Assembly (NCBI GenBank): GCA_043228905.1 | Contig: JBHGNT010000510.1 | Location: 1 to 22,118, forward strand | DNA from: Azolla caroliniana | Lineage: Eukaryota > Plantae > Polypodiophyta | Length of the DNA: 22,118 nucleotides | Reading direction: 5' to 3' | Shown: positions 1 through 7,243 of the stretch, in pieces | Numbering within the stretch: position 1 is the first letter of the stretch | Layout: every line of letters starts with the position of its first letter | Position numbers and translations under genes: made by a program | Notes under the pieces: generated by a model | Seen by the model: the letters and a program-made list of their open reading frames with translations, nothing else | Told to the model about the DNA's origin: nothing | Database searches by the model: none

Positions 1-623
1 GGAGTGCGATGACGAGAGGCGCGAGCGACGTCGTGAGGGTTCCTTGAGGAGGGGCGCCGCTACAGAGACAACAAGAGAGACTCCGAAGAGGAAAGGGAAC
101 GTCGTAGCCGTGGTCGCGATGAGCCACGTGACGAGGAACTGAGGCGAGAGTGCGGTGATTTCATCGACAAGCAGATCCGAGAGCTACAAGAGCGCTCCGA
201 AAGAGAGGAAGGTGAACAAGGACGTCGCTCCCCATGGATCGAAAACACTCGATACTCAAGACCCTCGGAACGGTGCTGCAGGAACGTCGAACGAATCCCC
301 GCCGAAGATCGATGCGATCGCCTACGTGATGCCTTGTATGCTGACGAGGAGGAACGACGCAATGATGAGGCCGACGCCATGGCCAACAATCAAGGGAACA
401 CCGTAGCTGGGAGGAAGAGGACGAGGAGCGCGAGAGAGATAGCAGCCGTGAGCGACGAGAGGGTGACGAACGCCGCCACCGCATGTCTCGACGACAAGAG
501 GACGAACGTCAACAACGTCGCCAATTCAAGGCCGATGACGAGGAAAGAGCTCTAGGCGTCGCCGCCTCCCGCCTACTCCAACAGTGCGATCTTCGCCCTC
601 GTGCTTGTATTCGTCGCTTCTAA
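1..623 (+). pseudogene. 5'-truncated copy of the 2S-albumin-like gene with two 1-bp deletions (pseudogene or sequencing error)
   Basis: Matches 1654..2278 except GGG instead of GGGG at 37-39 and a single A instead of AA at 368. The offset to the next unit steps 1653, 1654, 1655. The first frameshift would stop at TGA 140-142, before the Cys core. The normal TAA lies at 621-623. Confidence 0.6.
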
Positions 624-722
624 ATAGTACATAAACCTTGTTCAAATTATTCTCGTGGTCTCTCTCTAATTTCTCGTAAGTGTTTACGAACAAGTGCGTC
701 TCCCCAATCGCGCATTACACCC

Positions 723-784
723 ACACGAACGTAAACACGAGCACCAACGTCCCTCCAACACGAACGTAAACACGAGCACCAACG
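723..784 (+). repeat. 27-bp direct repeat x2 (ACACGAACGTAAACACGAGCACCAACG, period 35 bp) in the 3' flank; present in every complete spacer
   Basis: Identical copies at 723-749 and 758-784, read directly from the sequence. Confidence 0.95.
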
Positions 785-1131
785 CATAGAATTTGCCTAT
801 AGGGACCGCAAACCACCCAAACGGAAAAGAAAACATCAAAGCAGGACACCCATACCGCACACGCCACGGCAACGGCTAAGGCTAAGGTCAACTTGTACAC
901 GCGGCGAATGTGAACTTGCTTCCACACTTGCCCGATAGGACACTCCTAGTGTGGTAGTCCGGTTAGCTTTCCTTGTCGTCGTCGTTACCAACCCCTCGTC
1001 CGTCCGAACGAGCGAGTACGGACACCGGTCTATCTACGTTCATCGATGTAGCACACTCGGGAGCCACCACTCGTCCCGCAGTAGCCTCCGCGTGCTTAGT
1101 GTCTCGGCACTAGCGCGTTCTAGTTTAATGT

Positions 1132-1139
1132 GCACGTGC
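1132..1139. promoter_or_regulatory. G-box (GCACGTGC), candidate bZIP/bHLH site; repeated in every spacer
   Basis: CACGTG at 1133-1138, about 360 bp upstream of the ATG. G-boxes cooperate with RY elements in seed-storage-protein promoters. Confidence 0.5.
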
Positions 1140-1295
1140 CCGCACACCCCTACGCGCACGCGCGAGTGCGCACATTTACCTATGTATGTATAAATGTTAT
1201 GTTGCTCGACAAGCTCTCGCGCGAGGAGGAGGAGTACCCGCTACAGGTTGCGCCCAGATTGTCTGGTGACAATACGACACCTAGGACTAGCCTAG

Positions 1296-1360
1296 ACGTG
1301 TGGGAGGGTGGACTAGTTGGTATGGGTCTTGGGCAAGAGTTGTACGCAGGACACACACGT
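1296..1360. promoter_or_regulatory. Two ABRE-like ACGTGT cores in opposite orientation; repeated in every spacer
   Basis: ACGTGT at 1296-1301 on +, and ACACGT at 1355-1360 (ACGTGT on -), both just upstream of the RY elements. Confidence 0.5.
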
Positions 1361-1383
1361 TATGGTAATGGGAGTGGTGAGTG

Positions 1384-1413
1384 ACATGCATGTGCTCTGA
1401 TTGCATGGCCATG
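1384..1413. promoter_or_regulatory. RY/Sph elements (B3-domain ABI3/FUS3/LEC2-type sites); repeated in every spacer
   Basis: Perfect CATGCATG at 1385-1392 inside the palindrome ACATGCATGT (1384-1393). A second RY core, TGCATG, is at 1402-1407 and CATGGCCATG at 1404-1413. All sit immediately 5' of the TATA box, as in seed-storage genes. Confidence 0.8.
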
Positions 1414-1415
1414 TG

Positions 1416-1426
1416 TATATATTAAA
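1416..1426 (+). promoter_or_regulatory. TATA box (TATATATTAAA); repeated in every spacer
   Basis: Begins 77 bp upstream of the ATG at 1493. An initiator-like TCA lies at 1443-1445, and the start context GCAATGGC is good for plants. Confidence 0.75.
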
Positions 1427-1492
1427 GGTGGAGGGAGCAATGTCAATACAATCCATTAGGAGACAAGCACCGGGATCATAAGGACAATCGCA

Positions 1493-1561
1493 ATGGCAAA
1501 GCTTACTTCCGTATTCCTCATGGCCGTGATCATGCTCGCCGCGTGTACCGCGGCCAATGCT
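1493..1561 (+). other. ER signal peptide coding segment (aa 1-23); present in all 13 complete genes
   Basis: MAK, then the hydrophobic core LTSVFLMAVIMLAA, then an A-N-A (-3/-1) cleavage motif, followed abruptly by charged sequence. Confidence 0.85.
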
Positions 1562-2278
1562 AGGTCTGTAGGGCGGGACCGTGAAGAGGAGCGACGCGAT
1601 CGACGTCGTGAGGGAGACATTGACGAGGAGAGGCGCGATCGACGCCGAGAGGGGGAGTGCGATGACGAGAGGCGCGAGCGACGTCGTGAGGGGTTCCTTG
1701 AGGAGGGGCGCCGCTACAGAGACAACAAGAGAGACTCCGAAGAGGAAAGGGAACGTCGTAGCCGTGGTCGCGATGAGCCACGTGACGAGGAACTGAGGCG
1801 AGAGTGCGGTGATTTCATCGACAAGCAGATCCGAGAGCTACAAGAGCGCTCCGAAAGAGAGGAAGGTGAACAAGGACGTCGCTCCCCATGGATCGAAAAC
1901 ACTCGATACTCAAGACCCTCGGAACGGTGCTGCAGGAACGTCGAACGAATCCCCGCCGAAGATCGATGCGATCGCCTACGTGATGCCTTGTATGCTGACG
2001 AGGAGGAACGACGCAATGATGAAGGCCGACGCCATGGCCAACAATCAAGGGAACACCGTAGCTGGGAGGAAGAGGACGAGGAGCGCGAGAGAGATAGCAG
2101 CCGTGAGCGACGAGAGGGTGACGAACGCCGCCACCGCATGTCTCGACGACAAGAGGACGAACGTCAACAACGTCGCCAATTCAAGGCCGATGACGAGGAA
2201 AGAGCTCTAGGCGTCGCCGCCTCCCGCCTACTCCAACAGTGCGATCTTCGCCCTCGTGCTTGTATTCGTCGCTTCTAA
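1493..2278 (+). CDS. Arg/Glu-rich 2S-albumin-like (prolamin superfamily) storage protein precursor, 261 aa
   Basis: Hydrophobic signal peptide (aa 1-23, ending ANA). LRRECGDFI, ERCCRNVERIPAEDRCDRLRDAL and ASRLLQQCDLRPRAC match the 2S albumin pattern LxxCxxxI / CCxxLxxIPxxCRCxxL / AxxLPxxCxxxPxxC. Intronless, with an RY/ABRE/TATA promoter. Confidence 0.88.
   Translation: MAKLTSVFLMAVIMLAACTAANARSVGRDREEERRDRRREGDIDEERRDRRREGECDDERRERRREGFLEEGRRYRDNKRDSEEERERRSRGRDEPRDEELRRECGDFIDKQIRELQERSEREEGEQGRRSPWIENTRYSRPSERCCRNVERIPAEDRCDRLRDALYADEEERRNDEGRRHGQQSREHRSWEEEDEERERDSSRERREGDERRHRMSRRQEDERQQRRQFKADDEERALGVAASRLLQQCDLRPRACIRRF
1583..1693 (+). repeat. Intragenic 39-bp (13-aa) tandem repeat, ~3 copies: EEERRDRRREG / DIDEERRDRRREG / ECDDERRERRREG
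   Basis: Visible in both protein and DNA (cgcgatcgacgtcgtgaggga / cgcgatcgacgccgagagggg / cgcgagcgacgtcgtgagggg). Confidence 0.9.
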
Positions 2279-3147
2279 ATAGTACATAAACCTTGTTCAA
2301 ATTATTCTCGTGGTCTCTCTCTAATTTCTCGTAAGTGTTTACGAACAAGTGCGTCTCCCCAATCGCGCATTACACCCACACGAACGTAAACACGAGCACC
2401 AACGTCCCTCCAACACGAACGTAAACACGAGCACCAACGCATAGAATTTGCCTATAGGGACCGCAAACCACCCAAACGGAAAAGAAAACATCAAAGCAGG
2501 ACACCCATACCGCACACGCCACGGCAACGGCTAAGGCTAAGGTCAACTTGTACACGCGGCGAATGTGAACTTGCTTCCACACTTGCCCGATAGGACACTC
2601 CTAGTGTGGTAGTCCGGTTAGCTTTCCTTGTCGTCGTCGTTACCAACCCCTCGTCCGTCCGAACGAGCGAGTACGGACACCGGTCTATCTACGTTCATCG
2701 ATGTAGCACACTCGGGAGCCACCACTCGTCCCGCAGTAGCCTCCGCGTGCTTAGTGTCTCGGCACTAGCGCGTTCTAGTTTAATGTGCACGTGCCCGCAC
2801 ACCCCTACGCGCACGCGCGAGTGCGCACATTTACCTATGTATGTATAAATGTTATGTTGCTCGACAAGCTCTCGCGCGAGGAGGAGGAGTACCCGCTACA
2901 GGTTGCGCCCAGATTGTCTGGTGACAATACGACACCTAGGACTAGCCTAGACGTGTGGGAGGGTGGACTAGTTGGTATGGGTCTTGGGCAAGAGTTGTAC
3001 GCAGGACACACACGTTATGGTAATGGGAGTGGTGAGTGACATGCATGTGCTCTGATTGCATGGCCATGTGTATATATTAAAGGTGGAGGGAGCAATGTCA
3101 ATACAATCCATTAGGAGACAAGCACCGGGATCATAAGGACAATCGCA

Positions 3148-3933
3148 ATGGCAAAGCTTACTTCCGTATTCCTCATGGCCGTGATCATGCTCGCCGCGTG
3201 TACCGCGGCCAATGCTAGGTCTGTAGGGCGGGACCGTGAAGAGGAGCGACGCGATCGACGTCGTGAGGGAGACATTGACGAGGAGAGGCGCGATCGACGC
3301 CGAGAGGGGGAGTGCGATGACGAGAGGCGCGAGCGACGTCGTGAGGGGTTCCTTGAGGAGGGGCGCCGCTACAGAGACAACAAGAGAGACTCCGAAGAGG
3401 AAAGGGAACGTCGTAGCCGTGGTCGCGATGAGCCACGTGACGAGGAACTGAGGCGAGAGTGCGGTGATTTCATCGACAAGCAGATCCGAGAGCTACAAGA
3501 GCGCTCCGAAAGAGAGGAAGGTGAACAAGGACGTCGCTCCCCATGGATCGAAAACACTCGATACTCAAGACCCTCGGAACGGTGCTGCAGGAACGTCGAA
3601 CGAATCCCCGCCGAAGATCGATGCGATCGCCTACGTGATGCCTTGTATGCTGACGAGGAGGAACGACGCAATGATGAAGGCCGACGCCATGGCCAACAAT
3701 CAAGGGAACACCGTAGCTGGGAGGAAGAGGACGAGGAGCGCGAGAGAGATAGCAGCCGTGAGCGACGAGAGGGTGACGAACGCCGCCACCGCATGTCTCG
3801 ACGACAAGAGGACGAACGTCAACAACGTCGCCAATTCAAGGCCGATGACGAGGAAAGAGCTCTAGGCGTCGCCGCCTCCCGCCTACTCCAACAGTGCGAT
3901 CTTCGCCCTCGTGCTTGTATTCGTCGCTTCTAA
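3148..3933 (+). CDS. 2S-albumin-like Arg/Glu-rich storage protein precursor, 261 aa
   Basis: Translation identical to 1493..2278. Confidence 0.88.
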   Translation: MAKLTSVFLMAVIMLAACTAANARSVGRDREEERRDRRREGDIDEERRDRRREGECDDERRERRREGFLEEGRRYRDNKRDSEEERERRSRGRDEPRDEELRRECGDFIDKQIRELQERSEREEGEQGRRSPWIENTRYSRPSERCCRNVERIPAEDRCDRLRDALYADEEERRNDEGRRHGQQSREHRSWEEEDEERERDSSRERREGDERRHRMSRRQEDERQQRRQFKADDEERALGVAASRLLQQCDLRPRACIRRF

Positions 3934-4802
3934 ATAGTACATAAACCTTGTTCAAATTATTCTCGTGGTCTCTCTCTAATTTCTCGTAAGTGTTTACGAA
4001 CAAGTGCGTCTCCCCAATCGCGCATTACACCCACACGAACGTAAACACGAGCACCAACGTCCCTCCAACACGAACGTAAACACGAGCACCAACGCATAGA
4101 ATTTGCCTATAGGGACCGCAAACCACCCAAACGGAAAAGAAAACATCAAAGCAGGACACCCATACCGCACACGCCACGGCAACGGCTAAGGCTAAGGTCA
4201 ACTTGTACACGCGGCGAATGTGAACTTGCTTCCACACTTGCCCGATAGGACACTCCTAGTGTGGTAGTCCGGTTAGCTTTCCTTGTCGTCGTCGTTACCA
4301 ACCCCTCGTCCGTCCGAACGAGCGAGTACGGACACCGGTCTATCTACGTTCATCGATGTAGCACACTCGGGAGCCACCACTCGTCCCGCAGTAGCCTCCG
4401 CGTGCTTAGTGTCTCGGCACTAGCGCGTTCTAGTTTAATGTGCACGTGCCCGCACACCCCTACGCGCACGCGCGAGTGCGCACATTTACCTATGTATGTA
4501 TAAATGTTATGTTGCTCGACAAGCTCTCGCGCGAGGAGGAGGAGTACCCGCTACAGGTTGCGCCCAGATTGTCTGGTGACAATACGACACCTAGGACTAG
4601 CCTAGACGTGTGGGAGGGTGGACTAGTTGGTATGGGTCTTGGGCAAGAGTTGTACGCAGGACACACACGTTATGGTAATGGGAGTGGTGAGTGACATGCA
4701 TGTGCTCTGATTGCATGGCCATGTGTATATATTAAAGGTGGAGGGAGCAATGTCAATACAATCCATTAGGAGACAAGCACCGGGATCATAAGGACAATCG
4801 CA

Positions 4803-5588
4803 ATGGCAAAGCTTACTTCCGTATTCCTCATGGCCGTGATCATGCTCGCCGCGTGTACCGCGGCCAATGCTAGGTCTGTAGGGCGGGACCGTGAAGAGGA
4901 GCGACGCGATCGACGTCGTGAGGGAGACATTGACGAGGAGAGGCGCGATCGACGCCGAGAGGGGGAGTGCGATGACGAGAGGCGCGAGCGACGTCGTGAG
5001 GGGTTCCTTGAGGAGGGGCGCCGCTACAGAGACAACAAGAGAGACTCCGAAGAGGAAAGGGAACGTCGTAGCCGTGGTCGCGATGAGCCACGTGACGAGG
5101 AACTGAGGCGAGAGTGCGGTGATTTCATCGACAAGCAGATCCGAGAGCTACAAGAGCGCTCCGAAAGAGAGGAAGGTGAACAAGGACGTCGCTCCCCATG
5201 GATCGAAAACACTCGATACTCAAGACCCTCGGAACGGTGCTGCAGGAACGTCGAACGAATCCCCGCCGAAGATCGATGCGATCGCCTACGTGATGCCTTG
5301 TATGCTGACGAGGAGGAACGACGCAATGATGAAGGCCGACGCCATGGCCAACAATCAAGGGAACACCGTAGCTGGGAGGAAGAGGACGAGGAGCGCGAGA
5401 GAGATAGCAGCCGTGAGCGACGAGAGGGTGACGAACGCCGCCACCGCATGTCTCGACGACAAGAGGACGAACGTCAACAACGTCGCCAATTCAAGGCCGA
5501 TGACGAGGAAAGAGCTCTAGGCGTCGCCGCCTCCCGCCTACTCCAACAGTGCGATCTTCGCCCTCGTGCTTGTATTCGTCGCTTCTAA
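4803..5588 (+). CDS. 2S-albumin-like Arg/Glu-rich storage protein precursor, 261 aa
   Basis: Translation identical to 1493..2278. Confidence 0.88.
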   Translation: MAKLTSVFLMAVIMLAACTAANARSVGRDREEERRDRRREGDIDEERRDRRREGECDDERRERRREGFLEEGRRYRDNKRDSEEERERRSRGRDEPRDEELRRECGDFIDKQIRELQERSEREEGEQGRRSPWIENTRYSRPSERCCRNVERIPAEDRCDRLRDALYADEEERRNDEGRRHGQQSREHRSWEEEDEERERDSSRERREGDERRHRMSRRQEDERQQRRQFKADDEERALGVAASRLLQQCDLRPRACIRRF

Positions 5589-6457
5589 ATAGTACATAAA
5601 CCTTGTTCAAATTATTCTCGTGGTCTCTCTCTAATTTCTCGTAAGTGTTTACGAACAAGTGCGTCTCCCCAATCGCGCATTACACCCACACGAACGTAAA
5701 CACGAGCACCAACGTCCCTCCAACACGAACGTAAACACGAGCACCAACGCATAGAATTTGCCTATAGGGACCGCAAACCACCCAAACGGAAAAGAAAACA
5801 TCAAAGCAGGACACCCATACCGCACACGCCACGGCAACGGCTAAGGCTAAGGTCAACTTGTACACGCGGCGAATGTGAACTTGCTTCCACACTTGCCCGA
5901 TAGGACACTCCTAGTGTGGTAGTCCGGTTAGCTTTCCTTGTCGTCGTCGTTACCAACCCCTCGTCCGTCCGAACGAGCGAGTACGGACACCGGTCTATCT
6001 ACGTTCATCGATGTAGCACACTCGGGAGCCACCACTCGTCCCGCAGTAGCCTCCGCGTGCTTAGTGTCTCGGCACTAGCGCGTTCTAGTTTAATGTGCAC
6101 GTGCCCGCACACCCCTACGCGCACGCGCGAGTGCGCACATTTACCTATGTATGTATAAATGTTATGTTGCTCGACAAGCTCTCGCGCGAGGAGGAGGAGT
6201 ACCCGCTACAGGTTGCGCCCAGATTGTCTGGTGACAATACGACACCTAGGACTAGCCTAGACGTGTGGGAGGGTGGACTAGTTGGTATGGGTCTTGGGCA
6301 AGAGTTGTACGCAGGACACACACGTTATGGTAATGGGAGTGGTGAGTGACATGCATGTGCTCTGATTGCATGGCCATGTGTATATATTAAAGGTGGAGGG
6401 AGCAATGTCAATACAATCCATTAGGAGACAAGCACCGGGATCATAAGGACAATCGCA

Positions 6458-7243
6458 ATGGCAAAGCTTACTTCCGTATTCCTCATGGCCGTGATCATGC
6501 TCGCCGCGTGTACCGCGGCCAATGCTAGGTCTGTAGGGCGGGACCGTGAAGAGGAGCGACGCGATCGACGTCGTGAGGGAGACATTGACGAGGAGAGGCG
6601 CGATCGACGCCGAGAGGGGGAGTGCGATGACGAGAGGCGCGAGCGACGTCGTGAGGGGTTCCTTGAGGAGGGGCGCCGCTACAGAGACAACAAGAGAGAC
6701 TCCGAAGAGGAAAGGGAACGTCGTAGCCGTGGTCGCGATGAGCCACGTGACGAGGAACTGAGGCGAGAGTGCGGTGATTTCATCGACAAGCAGATCCGAG
6801 AGCTACAAGAGCGCTCCGAAAGAGAGGAAGGTGAACAAGGACGTCGCTCCCCATGGATCGAAAACACTCGATACTCAAGACCCTCGGAACGGTGCTGCAG
6901 GAACGTCGAACGAATCCCCGCCGAAGATCGATGCGATCGCCTACGTGATGCCTTGTATGCTGACGAGGAGGAACGACGCAATGATGAAGGCCGACGCCAT
7001 GGCCAACAATCAAGGGAACACCGTAGCTGGGAGGAAGAGGACGAGGAGCGCGAGAGAGATAGCAGCCGTGAGCGACGAGAGGGTGACGAACGCCGCCACC
7101 GCATGTCTCGACGACAAGAGGACGAACGTCAACAACGTCGCCAATTCAAGGCCGATGACGAGGAAAGAGCTCTAGGCGTCGCCGCCTCCCGCCTACTCCA
7201 ACAGTGCGATCTTCGCCCTCGTGCTTGTATTCGTCGCTTCTAA
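6458..7243 (+). CDS. 2S-albumin-like Arg/Glu-rich storage protein precursor, 261 aa
   Basis: Translation identical to 1493..2278. Confidence 0.88.
   Translation: MAKLTSVFLMAVIMLAACTAANARSVGRDREEERRDRRREGDIDEERRDRRREGECDDERRERRREGFLEEGRRYRDNKRDSEEERERRSRGRDEPRDEELRRECGDFIDKQIRELQERSEREEGEQGRRSPWIENTRYSRPSERCCRNVERIPAEDRCDRLRDALYADEEERRNDEGRRHGQQSREHRSWEEEDEERERDSSRERREGDERRHRMSRRQEDERQQRRQFKADDEERALGVAASRLLQQCDLRPRACIRRF

Noticed and set aside
723-784. 27-bp direct repeats as a mini CRISPR array
   Set aside because: Only two copies with an 8-bp gap that is identical in every unit, no cas genes, and a eukaryotic context.
1189-1195. Second TATA-like box TATAAAT
   Set aside because: About 300 bp from the ATG and upstream of the RY/ABRE module. 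A transcript from here would carry several upstream ATGs, and the box at 1416 fits better. Not excluded without TSS data.
684-1384. Spacer ORFs of 62, 70, 80 and 84 aa, some hydrophobic
   Set aside because: Short, and several begin at GTG rather than ATG. The hydrophobicity comes from the reverse complement of the A/C-rich tract and the 27-bp repeat. They overlap promoter elements and have no family resemblance.
1440-1481. Short out-of-frame upstream ORF (ATG 1440 to TAA 1481)
   Set aside because: Its ATG lies only about 24 bp after the TATA start, at or before the expected TSS, so it is probably not in the mRNA.
1995-2025. CTGACGA as a hammerhead ribozyme core (retrozyme-like tandem)
   Set aside because: No stem II followed by GAAA and no stem I/III pairing was found; the motif is explained by Ala-Asp-Glu codons.
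1560-2210. Overlapping ORFs of 71-141 aa in alternative and antisense frames (Ser/Arg-rich MRWRRSS..., MISSTS..., etc.), repeated in each unit
   Set aside because: Shadow frames of a GC-rich, low-complexity Arg/Glu CDS. They show no recognisable domain or separate promoter, and their recurrence merely reflects the array.
1493-2278. Alternative identities: SR/RNA-binding protein, protamine, LEA protein, vicilin N-terminal peptide or animal neuropeptide precursor
   Set aside because: The signal peptide plus the CC/xRC/C..C skeleton and RY promoter fit a 2S albumin. There is no RRM, no CxxxC pairs and no cupin domain, the net charge is neutral, and there are no regular amidated-peptide cassettes.
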